From the NCBI GenBank assembly GCA_014896305.1, contig JADBKQ010000012.1, positions 62,128 to 126,127 on the forward strand: a DNA stretch of 64,000 nt, given 5' to 3'. The notes beneath the pieces were generated by a model that searched no databases, was not told where the DNA came from, and saw nothing but the letters and a program-made list of their open reading frames with translations. This DNA is from Limnochordaceae bacterium (GTDB taxonomy: Bacteria; Bacillota; Limnochordia; Limnochordales; DUMU01). This document shows positions 11,066 through 19,234 of this stretch, in pieces. Both the position numbers and the translations under genes were made by a program. How positions within the stretch are numbered: position 1 is the stretch's first letter; every line of letters begins with the position of its first letter.

Positions 11066-11569
11066 GTGCTACGGAATAAGCTCTTTTTAGGTCTCCTGGT
11101 GGGCCTCTTGTTTGTGACGGTGGTCACGGGGTGGGCGGCGGCTGAAAGCGGGCCGGCGTACATCATCATTGCGGATGTGGTGCGGGGTACCCAGAATGCG
11201 ACCGGTCCGTCCTGCGTGCTCAACAATGTCTTCAAGCTGGGTGAGCAGGTGGTCTTTCGGGCGGATGTGTACGACGCCACCACAGGGCAGCTTCTGGATC
11301 AGCAGGATATCGAGCGTTTGGGGCTGAAGGTGGAGGCGCAGGTGGACGGGGTCGGAACCTTCCCCCTGCGTTACGGGCCGCATCCCAAGGAACAGCCGCA
11401 AGTCAACTTCTGGTCTGGGGCGTGGCAGATTCCTGGGGTGTTCAAGACCGGCTATTTCGCCTGGTCCATCGTGGTCACCGACAAGCAGGGGCGGAAGGCG
11501 GTCTATCAACCGGTAGGGTCACGCCGCCCGCAGATGTCCGGTTCGTGGCTGGTCATTGAGAAGCGGTAG
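11066..11569 (+). CDS. small secreted protein of unknown function (Ig-like/beta-sandwich by composition)
   Basis: GTG start with GGAGGG 6 nt upstream. The N-terminus is signal-peptide-like (MLRNKLFLGLLVGLLFVTVVTGWAAAES). No motif was recognised. Confidence 0.6.
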   Translation: MLRNKLFLGLLVGLLFVTVVTGWAAAESGPAYIIIADVVRGTQNATGPSCVLNNVFKLGEQVVFRADVYDATTGQLLDQQDIERLGLKVEAQVDGVGTFPLRYGPHPKEQPQVNFWSGAWQIPGVFKTGYFAWSIVVTDKQGRKAVYQPVGSRRPQMSGSWLVIEKR

Positions 11570-11621
11570 TTGTATGGAAAACACCTGGGCCAGGTTCATA
11601 TGGCCGGCGGGGGGATCACGC

Positions 11622-13199
11622 ATGCAGACAAAAAGGGTTCTTAGCCTGTCCTTGAGCTTGGCCCTGGCGGTCTCCGGAGTGCTGCTGGGCGGCGCAGGGC
11701 TAACGTGGGCGGATGAAGCGGCCGCCCCGGCAGTAGCGATCCTGGACCTCGAGCCGACCCAGGCGGTGGTCGGGCAGATGGTCCAGGTGACCGGTAGCGG
11801 CTTTGCGCCGGGCACAACTGTACAGTTGTTGTGGGAGACGTACGACGGACACTGGGAACTCAGCCGGAATGCCCAGGGCGAGTATACCGGCACATCGCTG
11901 GGTCCACGGTTCACGCCGTCGGTGAGGCCGCTGGGGGAAGAGGTGGTGGCCGACGCCACGGGGCGTTTCGCCACCCGGTTCGCCGTGCCGGAGGACTACG
12001 GTGGGGTTCACAACATCCTGGCCGTGCCGGCGGCAAAAGCCCAGGCGGCGCTGACACAGGCCGGCCTTCCAGGCGAAGCGGTGATTACCCAGGCAGGCTT
12101 GCGGGTTTTACCCAGCGTGACGTATGCGCCGACCACAGGGCCGGTGGGAACTCTGATCACCATTACCATCAAGGGACTCAACAGCCCTCATGAGGTCGAA
12201 GGCTGGTACCAGCTTCTCTATGACAACAAACTGACCGGCAGCATCAGTGGGGTCACCACGCGGGGCACGGCGATGGTCACCATTCCTGCCACGGGCGACG
12301 TCGGGATGCACTACATCGACATTCAAAACGGCCCCTTCGGTTCACCCTACCGGGCGCTGGAGAGCTCCCCTTATGCTTACATGCCCGTGTTTCGCCTCTC
12401 GTTCCGGATCACCCCCGGTGAACCGGTGCTGCCACCCCCTCCGTCCCAGCAGGTGCCGGCACCTCGCCGCGGAGTGGAGCCGGCAGGTCAGGGGCCGGCC
12501 ATCTGGTTTGATCCGCAGGAAGGTGCGGTAGGGACGCCTGCTACCTTGTACGGCAAGGGTTTTGCGCCCGGGGCGAAGGTTTCCCTCGAGATCTACGGGC
12601 AGTACGGGAGCCGGGTGACGCCAGAGGGCTTCCGGCCCGTCAGCCAGCCCTTGCTGACGGTGACAGCCGACCGGGAAGGCCGGATCGAGCAGTCGCTCTC
12701 CTTACCGGATACGCATGGAGGTTACCATCGGGTTGGGGCGTGGGTGGAAGGCAAGGAACTGGCCACGACCGGGCTGACCATCGATCGGACTCCCTTCTCC
12801 TTTGGACCAGCGGGCAGTACGGGTGACCAGGAAACCGGGACCGGGGCCTATCCGCGAGTATCGCAGGGCACGTTGCTCGACCTGCATCTGAAAGGGGTGG
12901 GGTGGACCGAAACGGAGAACATCTTCGCCATCGTATACGATAATTCGTTCGTCGGCTACTCCTGCGGGTTCAGCACGTTCGGGGATGTGGTAACGTACTT
13001 GACGGCAACCGGAGGACCAGGCTGGCACTTTATCGACCTGTATCCTTCGTTTTATCGCAACGAGAAGTATGCCGAAGCGGTGGAAGCGCCGTTTTTGTAC
13101 CGTTTCCCGCTACTGAGTTGGAAGGACCATCCACAGCCTTTTGTGCTTCACTACGCGTTCGAGATCGTCGATGAGGCTGGGACCAAGAGCAAGAACTAA
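11622..13199 (+). CDS. secreted repeat protein, (A-B)x2 IPT/TIG-like modules, unknown function
   Basis: ATG 11622 gives MQTKRVLSLSLSLALAVSGVLLGGAGLTWA (signal peptide). Two homologous two-domain units (nt about 11736-12419 and 12498-13169) are separated by a Pro-rich linker. Confidence 0.65.
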   Translation: MQTKRVLSLSLSLALAVSGVLLGGAGLTWADEAAAPAVAILDLEPTQAVVGQMVQVTGSGFAPGTTVQLLWETYDGHWELSRNAQGEYTGTSLGPRFTPSVRPLGEEVVADATGRFATRFAVPEDYGGVHNILAVPAAKAQAALTQAGLPGEAVITQAGLRVLPSVTYAPTTGPVGTLITITIKGLNSPHEVEGWYQLLYDNKLTGSISGVTTRGTAMVTIPATGDVGMHYIDIQNGPFGSPYRALESSPYAYMPVFRLSFRITPGEPVLPPPPSQQVPAPRRGVEPAGQGPAIWFDPQEGAVGTPATLYGKGFAPGAKVSLEIYGQYGSRVTPEGFRPVSQPLLTVTADREGRIEQSLSLPDTHGGYHRVGAWVEGKELATTGLTIDRTPFSFGPAGSTGDQETGTGAYPRVSQGTLLDLHLKGVGWTETENIFAIVYDNSFVGYSCGFSTFGDVVTYLTATGGPGWHFIDLYPSFYRNEKYAEAVEAPFLYRFPLLSWKDHPQPFVLHYAFEIVDEAGTKSKN

Positions 13200-13218
13200 A
13201 CGGGATGAGGTGTGTGAA

Positions 13219-13848
13219 GTGGGATCGTATTCAGGTTCTGTGGCAAAGCCACGGACCTCTTCTCGCTCCAGTGAGCAGAAGAGCAGCACAGCTGAGAGAG
13301 GCCAGGCTACAACTGCTGCTGCGTCTGCGGAGCGCTGGGCCGGCAGTGAGACAGAGGCGGACGTGGCTCAGGTACAAAGCCTTGCCGACTCCTGGGTGGG
13401 TCGACTGCTGGTCCTGTTGCGGGTGGCCCAGGGGTTGGTGATGGCCCGGATGGCGTACGTATTGGCGTTCAAAGGCGGATGGGATGCGTTTGGCAATGCC
13501 AGCAGTTTGATCCCTTCCGTGGTCCAGGGGCCCCTGGGCAACGTGTTCACGAATCTGTACGGTAACCAGGTCGCGTTGTGGCTGATCATCCTGGGAGCGA
13601 CAGCGGTGGCGATTTCCCTCGTGAGTGGCTTCCTCGTCCGGTTGGGGTCTGCTGTCGGCGCCCTCATGGCTCTCTCTTTCTACCTGGCCGATCTACCGCC
13701 TGCCGACGGGTGGATCAATCTACGCCTGCTGTATCTGGTCGGGCTTGCCCTGATTGCGGCCGGCCGGACCGGGTGCAGGTGGGGAGTGGATCGCTGGTTA
13801 GCGGGGGTGGAACGCCGGCAGCCGTGGTTGCGCTGGATCGCAGGCTAG
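13219..13848 (+). CDS. DoxX-like integral membrane protein
   Basis: The C-terminal 150 aa contain four hydrophobic helices (LLVLLRVAQGLVMARMAYVL.., VALWLIILGATAVAISLVSGFLV.., GALMALSFYL.., LLYLVGLALIAAG) resembling DoxX/DoxD. The start is uncertain (GTG 13210/13219, GAGGTG upstream). Confidence 0.45.
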   Translation: MGSYSGSVAKPRTSSRSSEQKSSTAERGQATTAAASAERWAGSETEADVAQVQSLADSWVGRLLVLLRVAQGLVMARMAYVLAFKGGWDAFGNASSLIPSVVQGPLGNVFTNLYGNQVALWLIILGATAVAISLVSGFLVRLGSAVGALMALSFYLADLPPADGWINLRLLYLVGLALIAAGRTGCRWGVDRWLAGVERRQPWLRWIAG

Positions 13849-14011
13849 GCTCTGCTGGGCGGTAGGGAGCGCATGGCAGATGGATGTTCACGAGCAGGGC
13901 GAGGAGGGCTGGTGTTTTTTAGGGGTAGCTGCTCGTCCTGCTGGGCGTGGTCCACATCGGCCATGCGCTCTGTCGCCCGGGGCTGCGTCCGGTTCTGGTG
14001 CGGCTATGGAG

Positions 14012-14677
14012 CTATTCGCTGGCTGTAATCTTCAAGTATGAGAAACCGGCGACCGTCTGGTTGGTCCGAAAAGCCACGTAATCTCCGGAAACGATGGGTT
14101 GAGGGTCGGTCCATTCCTTTACTAACTGGTCGTTGAGGTAGACCTGCATCAGACCTGTGTCGGTATGGAAGACCACTTTGAACCGGTAGGTTTCCCCAAC
14201 CATGGCGGCGTATTCCGGCATGTCCCACTGCGCCACCAGCTTGTTGTCCACCGACTTGTAGAGCTTCAGGACGGTACTGGCCTGAAACAAAAAATACGAG
14301 TTGCCGTGGTTTGGTTCCGTTCCGGAGTCGGCCAGGAAGTGGACGCCGGCCAGGGGCGCCCAGGAGGCGTACGCCTCCACCATCGAAACTTCCCACTCGT
14401 ACGTGAGCACCTTTCCTTGCTGAGGTACCTTGGCGTAGATGTTCGTGATGTCCGTGTAGGGGTCATAATTCTTCATCTGGCCGTTTTCCACTGCCCAATC
14501 GCCCGCCACGGCCACCCAGTCGGCGGGCGGCTGGTCGAATTCCTGGTCGTAGATCACTACGGGCTCTGCAGCCTGGGCCAGGCCCGCGGCGAGCCCACCG
14601 GCCACGGCAACGGCGATCAGGGTCAACACCAACCCAACTGCAAGCCGCCTCCACTGCTGGCTGTCGGTCCGGTTCAC
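14012..14677 (-). CDS. membrane-anchored/secreted concanavalin-A-like (LamG/jelly-roll) protein
   Basis: GTG 14677 is preceded by AAGGAGGG at 8 nt. There is an N-terminal anchor LAVGLVLTLIAVAVAGGLAAGLAQA. The pattern DWVAVAGDWAVENGQ...YRFKVVF...VAFRTNQ is typical of lectin/glucanase-fold domains. Confidence 0.55.
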   Translation of the reverse strand: MNRTDSQQWRRLAVGLVLTLIAVAVAGGLAAGLAQAAEPVVIYDQEFDQPPADWVAVAGDWAVENGQMKNYDPYTDITNIYAKVPQQGKVLTYEWEVSMVEAYASWAPLAGVHFLADSGTEPNHGNSYFLFQASTVLKLYKSVDNKLVAQWDMPEYAAMVGETYRFKVVFHTDTGLMQVYLNDQLVKEWTDPQPIVSGDYVAFRTNQTVAGFSYLKITASE

Positions 14678-14695
14678 GGTGACTTCCCTCCTTGT

Positions 14696-14729
14696 GCATG
14701 GTACACGTTGGGCATGGTACGCATGGTAC
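14696..14729. repeat. three copies of the 9-mer GCATGGTAC directly upstream of the RBS of the 14012-14677 gene
   Basis: Copies lie at 14696-14704, 14712-14720 and 14721-14729. On the coding (minus) strand they read GTACCATGC. Confidence 0.8.
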
Positions 14730-14954
14730 ATCCTGCTCCCGGCGCAACCTCGCTCCAAAACGATGAACACCAGCCTCATTGTCGTTCGCCAGCGGTGAGG
14801 ACATTCCTTCTTGCCGCGGACGAGCCCTCCGCTCCGTCCTCATCTGTGACGACTGGGGGACGGGCGGCAGGATTCGCTAGACATGTGTCGAACGCACGGA
14901 GGGGTTGCTCAATCGTTTCTTGTCACATTAGCCATCATGAGGAGGGTTGCCCTG

Positions 14955-16253
14955 ATGAGGCAGGCGCGGAAAGGACTTTTCACCCTGTTCACACTGGTGG
15001 TTTTGCTGGCCTGGGCTGGTGGCAACGGCTGGCAAGCCCTGGCTGCCACTGAGCCGGTACGGCTGCGTGTGGCAGTCTGGGGGACACCGGCGGATTACCA
15101 GGAGATCGTGGACGCATTCAAAAAGGCGAACCCAGGCGTGGACGTCCGTTTGGAACCGTCAGGGTGGGGCGAGTACTGGAGCCGTCTGCAGACACAGATT
15201 GCGGGTGGGGTGGCACCGGATGTGGTCCGCATGAGTGGCGCGTACCTGGGGGACTTCGCGGCGGACGGCGCGCTGGTGCCGCTCGACTCGTGGATTGCTC
15301 GCGATAAGGTGGACCTGAGCCAGTACTTCAATACGGGCGACATCTTCCGGTACGCGGGGCACATCTATGGGCTCCCCGAGTATGGCGACATCATGGGGAT
15401 TTACTACAACATTGACCGCTTCGAACAAAGGGGCGTGCCCGCTCCCAGCGATCGCTGGCAGTGGAGTGATCTGGCTGCAGCTGCGAAGAAACTAACGGTG
15501 TACAAGGCTGATGGGACCGTACAACAATGGGGGTTGTTGTTGGACCTGTTCATCGGGGGGAACGGCCAGACGTCCTGGGTGAATTTCCTCCTCCAGAACG
15601 GTACAAGAGCGCTGGATGAGACCAAGACCCGCGCGTTGTTCGACCAGCCCGCCGCCATAGAGGCGATCCAGTTCCTGGCCGACCTCTACCAGAAAGATCA
15701 CTCCATCCCGAGCTATCCGGAAGTCGATTTCACGTTCCAGAGCTTTACGGATGAGAAAGCGGCGATGATGTACGCCATCGTTCCTATCGGTATCCCATAT
15801 ATCGGGCAAAACGCCCGCTTCCGCTGGGACATTGGGCCGATGGCTCGGCAAAAGAGGATGGCTTCCGAGACGAACTTCGTAGGCTTTGCCATCACACGGG
15901 GAGCAAAAAACCCGGAGCTGGCCTGGAAGTTCGTACAATTCGTTGCCGGCCCGGTGGGACAAGCTGTGATCGCCCGTAAGCGGGCGGGACTGCCTGCCTT
16001 GAAGGCAGCGGCCTTCTCGGCGGAGTTCTTGGTCCCTGAGAAGGCGCCCCGGCGGCTGGCGGAGGTGCTACAGGCAACGACGCCGTACACGTACGACCTG
16101 CAGTTCACCCCCGGCTGGAGTGAGTGGACGTTGGCTGCCGACCAACAGGTGACACAGGCGGTGCTGGGCACGGTGTCGGTACAGCAAGCGATGCGGACGG
16201 CCACCGAGAAAGTGAACGCCATCCTGGCCCGCGCTCGAGGGGCTAAGAAGTAG
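14955..16253 (+). CDS. ABC transporter sugar-binding protein (family 1 SBP), no adjacent permease genes
   Basis: ATG 14955 has GAGGAGGG 8 nt upstream. It has a signal peptide (MRQARKGLFTLFTLVVLLAWAGG) and the typical SBP_bac_1 layout (VAVWGTPADYQEI.., GGVAPDVVRMSG.., PEYGDIMGIYYN). Confidence 0.8.
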   Translation: MRQARKGLFTLFTLVVLLAWAGGNGWQALAATEPVRLRVAVWGTPADYQEIVDAFKKANPGVDVRLEPSGWGEYWSRLQTQIAGGVAPDVVRMSGAYLGDFAADGALVPLDSWIARDKVDLSQYFNTGDIFRYAGHIYGLPEYGDIMGIYYNIDRFEQRGVPAPSDRWQWSDLAAAAKKLTVYKADGTVQQWGLLLDLFIGGNGQTSWVNFLLQNGTRALDETKTRALFDQPAAIEAIQFLADLYQKDHSIPSYPEVDFTFQSFTDEKAAMMYAIVPIGIPYIGQNARFRWDIGPMARQKRMASETNFVGFAITRGAKNPELAWKFVQFVAGPVGQAVIARKRAGLPALKAAAFSAEFLVPEKAPRRLAEVLQATTPYTYDLQFTPGWSEWTLAADQQVTQAVLGTVSVQQAMRTATEKVNAILARARGAKK

Positions 16254-16396
16254 CCTTGCAACCCTCCTGTGAGTCAACACCAGTGGCCGCAGTCTCCAGC
16301 CCTGGGGAGGGCAACACGGGCCGCACGTCGGGCGAGGTGGCGCAGGCTCTGTTGTCGGCAATGTTGTCAGGAAACAGCGCGGGCCTGGACAAGGTC

Positions 16397-16437
16397 GAAC
16401 AGCAGCAAGGCCATCGCCTTGCTGCTGTTTCGTTGTC
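16397..16437. terminator. bidirectional rho-independent terminator between convergent genes
   Basis: 13-14 bp perfect stem GAACAGCAGCAAGG / CCTTGCTGCTGTTT with a 6-nt loop, followed by TTTCGTTGT. Confidence 0.7.
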
Positions 16438-16499
16438 CAGCTGTTACGGCCAGCATGGTGCGGCCCGCAGCACGTGCCGGGGACCGGACATGACCCGCG

Positions 16500-16823
16500 C
16501 TACTTCTCCGTGGCGGCCCGCAGGTGCTCTTCCACGACCTTGATCTTCTCTTCCATGGCGTGCGGGTGATCGCGCCGGTCGTCGATCTTGATGACCGTGG
16601 AGATGCGGGCTGCCCCTGCAGCTGCCACTGCCTCTTCCATCTCCAGGATGGCGTCAAAGATCTCTGCGAGCTCCCCTTCCATATTGGTGAACATAGGATC
16701 GAGCCTGACCCGAATGCTGGGATGGCGGGCCAGCACCCTTTCTGCTTCCGCCACGAACCGGCTCACGCTGGTCTCACCTGTCCCGATAGGGGTGATGCTG
16801 ACGGCTACGATGGCACGAGCCAT
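16500..16823 (-). CDS. MTH1187/YkoF-family (DUF77) thiamine-binding-like protein
   Basis: MARAIVAVSITPIGTGETSVSRFVAEAERVL... is the characteristic N-terminus of the about 100-aa family. ATG 16823 has GGGGGAG upstream. Confidence 0.75.
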   Translation of the reverse strand: MARAIVAVSITPIGTGETSVSRFVAEAERVLARHPSIRVRLDPMFTNMEGELAEIFDAILEMEEAVAAAGAARISTVIKIDDRRDHPHAMEEKIKVVEEHLRAATEK

Positions 16824-17215
16824 TCTCACTCCCCCTCACTTCGAGAGATGATGAGATGATGCAACTGGATCCGACGGCCCCTTCAACTGGACCTGCGTGT
16901 CTAGCGTAGCTCAGTACAGGGCATGTGTACATCCCAGTTCGCCATGCGGCATCTGGGACGTCCATGCCGCCGCTCTATCGACCGGCCTTAACGCCCCTGC
17001 GAGGGCTGGCATGGGGCTGGCCTGGCGCTGGTTCAGTGGCCGCGGCCTCCCGTAGCTTTGCACCCTGACGGACAGGGAGTGCGGCTCCAACCAGGAGCGG
17101 AGTCCTGTTTGCGCCCAACTTGGGAAGGGCGGACGACGCCGGTGGGAGGGGCGGCCCGTACCCTGGTCCCTAGTCAGGAAAATCTGGCTCGAAACAGATC
17201 GACTGGGAGAGCGGG

Positions 17216-17719
17216 GTGGGGCAACGCATGGAACCAGAAGAGTTCGTCCGGTTCTTATACCCGTCTGCGAAACAAGTAGAGCAGGAGACAGGGATCAGCG
17301 CCGCCGCCATGATCGCACAGGCGGCGCTGGAGACCGGCTGGTTGAAGACAACCGTCAAAGACCGGTACGACGGGCGGGCTAGTTACAATCTGTTTAACCT
17401 GACCGGAGAAGGACCTGCCGGTTCGGTGCGAGCGCTCGACAGTGAACACTGGGTAGGGGGACAGCGCACCATCGAGCACCGCTTCCGGGCCTACCACTCC
17501 TACGAAGAATCGTTTCGCGACTATGCCAATCTGATCCTCGAGGCGCCCCGTTACGCTCAGGCAGCCGCCGTCCGGAGCGATCCCTTGCGGTATGTTGCTG
17601 CCTTGCGGGCGGCAGGATATGCGACCGACCCGTCCTATGTGCAGAAGGTAGAGTCCATCCTGCTCAAGTATGTCTGGCCCGCGATGAACCGTATCGAGGC
17701 CGGGGCGCAGCAGTCCTGA
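17216..17719 (+). CDS. glucosaminidase (muramidase, FlgJ C-terminal-like) domain protein
   Basis: GISAAAMIAQAALETGWLK..NLFNL..FRAYHSYEESFRDYANLI..YATDPSY. No signal peptide is present. The start is GTG 17216 or ATG 17228. Confidence 0.8.
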   Translation: MGQRMEPEEFVRFLYPSAKQVEQETGISAAAMIAQAALETGWLKTTVKDRYDGRASYNLFNLTGEGPAGSVRALDSEHWVGGQRTIEHRFRAYHSYEESFRDYANLILEAPRYAQAAAVRSDPLRYVAALRAAGYATDPSYVQKVESILLKYVWPAMNRIEAGAQQS

Positions 17720-17740
17720 CCGCACGAATCCCGCCATCAC

Positions 17741-17779
17741 CCAGGGCGGTCCGGTTGCGCCGTGCCGTGACCGCCCTGG
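17741..17779. terminator. stem-loop between convergent genes
   Basis: 10-bp perfect stem CCAGGGCGGT / ACCGCCCTGG with a 19-nt loop. There is no clear U-tract. Confidence 0.4.
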
Positions 17780-17877
17780 CGGCGTTGGATCATACGCGCG
17801 TCTCTCCTAGGGTGCGGTTCCCACATAGCCCAAACAGCGGCCGGCGTTCGGGCCTTATGTGGCTTGGGCGGACCGGG

Positions 17878-18618
17878 CTAGAACTCGATCCGTACTCCGG
17901 CAAAGAGCCCCCCGGACCTCTGCGCCCACAGTTCGGCGCTGTCTTTCTTCGCCGTTTGCATCATCTGGCGATACCCGGCTTCCAGATTGATTCCGCTCCA
18001 GATCGCATAGGAGACGGCGCCCTGCAAATCCACATAGGTCGAGGTATACTCCGGCGGAGTCTTGCCGCTGTCATCCTTCACGGTGACTCTGGGCCCATAC
18101 AAAGCCTGGGCCTGAACCGTCAAGCCAGGTGTCAAGGTGACGATGGCTCTTCCGCCCACGAGCAATCCGGACGAACGGACATTGTACTTGACGGCGGACG
18201 CACCCGATCCCCAAATGAAGCCATTGTCTGCCGTCAGGTAACCCACCGACGGACCAACCTTGAGCGCTCCCTGGTTAAGGACGAGGTAGGAAGCGTTCAC
18301 CAGCAATTGGCTGCTGTCGACCGAGAATTTCTGGTTGTCCTGCTGGCCAGCCAACCCTGGCGCGGTAGCATACTGCAGCTCCGTCACGAGGTTGGGCAGG
18401 ATGGAGACGGAACCACGAACCGTGGCAGCCGCTCCGGCTATGAATTGATCCCCGGGAGTCGTGCCGGGAAACGATACCGTACTTTCCAGTTTCCAATAGT
18501 CCGCTCCCAGGCGCACCGACTCCGCCTGGGCGGGCGTCCAGACACCCAAAGCGAGGACCCCTGCCACCGCCGCCATTGCACCAAGCCTCGAGAAACGGGA
18601 GGAGAGCAGCTTTTTCAT
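17878..18618 (-). CDS. predicted outer-membrane beta-barrel protein
   Basis: ATG 18618 has AGGAGGTG 8 nt upstream. The signal peptide ends AQA|ES. The body has alternating hydrophobic/polar stretches rich in G, S, T and Y. The C-terminal beta-signal ends ...FAGVRIEF with a terminal Phe. Confidence 0.65.
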   Translation of the reverse strand: MKKLLSSRFSRLGAMAAVAGVLALGVWTPAQAESVRLGADYWKLESTVSFPGTTPGDQFIAGAAATVRGSVSILPNLVTELQYATAPGLAGQQDNQKFSVDSSQLLVNASYLVLNQGALKVGPSVGYLTADNGFIWGSGASAVKYNVRSSGLLVGGRAIVTLTPGLTVQAQALYGPRVTVKDDSGKTPPEYTSTYVDLQGAVSYAIWSGINLEAGYRQMMQTAKKDSAELWAQRSGGLFAGVRIEF

Positions 18619-19113
18619 CGGTATGCACCTCCTGATCGTTGTCCGACGGGCACCGTGCAAACAGATGTGAATGACTTTTTTGGCCAGAGCTCAGCCCAGA
18701 CCGTGACTACGCCCAACCATCAGCGCGACTTACCTGCTACCTGTTTCATGACATGAGGACACCACACCACCTCCTCTTGGGAACGACGGTGCGGGTTCAC
18801 TCTTCGTTCGACGAGCTTTCTGCTGCTGCGAAAGACTGTGCCGGCCGCCAGCCCCGCTCGGTCTTGGAAATGGCCGGCCTTCCCCGCCTACGGGCGGGGA
18901 CCCGAATCTTGCTATACCGCCCCCACAGCAAGGGCAGACAGGACCATTCTTCCACCTAGCCTCCACAAGTGCACGTTCGCCATCGAGCCCATTCTACCCT
19001 GGAAGGTCAAGCCAGTCAAGGGGATCATTGCAGCCAGGCCTGAGATTGCGAGACGGGTCACCCCCCTGAGGAGAGAGGGGCAGATACAGCACCCGCCCGG
19101 ATAGACCTTATCG

Positions 19114-19200
19114 TTGCGCAAAACTCTCCACAAAATCTCGTTCAAAAATTAGGAGGAACTCTTACCGAGACGTCGAAACATAGCTCTTGTTATTGCGCAA
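19114..19200. promoter_or_regulatory. two copies of the 8-bp palindrome TTGCGCAA upstream of the GH2-lacI operon (candidate LacI-family operators)
   Basis: TTGCGCAA occurs at 19114-19121 and 19193-19200 (79 bp apart). The second copy is 35 bp upstream of ATG 19235. The central CG is typical of LacI-family operators. Confidence 0.35.
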
Positions 19201-19234
19201 CATGGACTCCGCAATTTGAGCAGGGGAGACGTCT

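Noticed and set aside
17040-17215. Possible cyclic-di-AMP (ydaO-type) riboswitch upstream of the glucosaminidase gene, since that class often controls cell-wall hydrolases
   Set aside because: Only a GAGCGGGG-like fragment is present close to the start codon. The conserved ACCCGACAGCUAAC-type core and the pseudo-twofold architecture are not recognisable.
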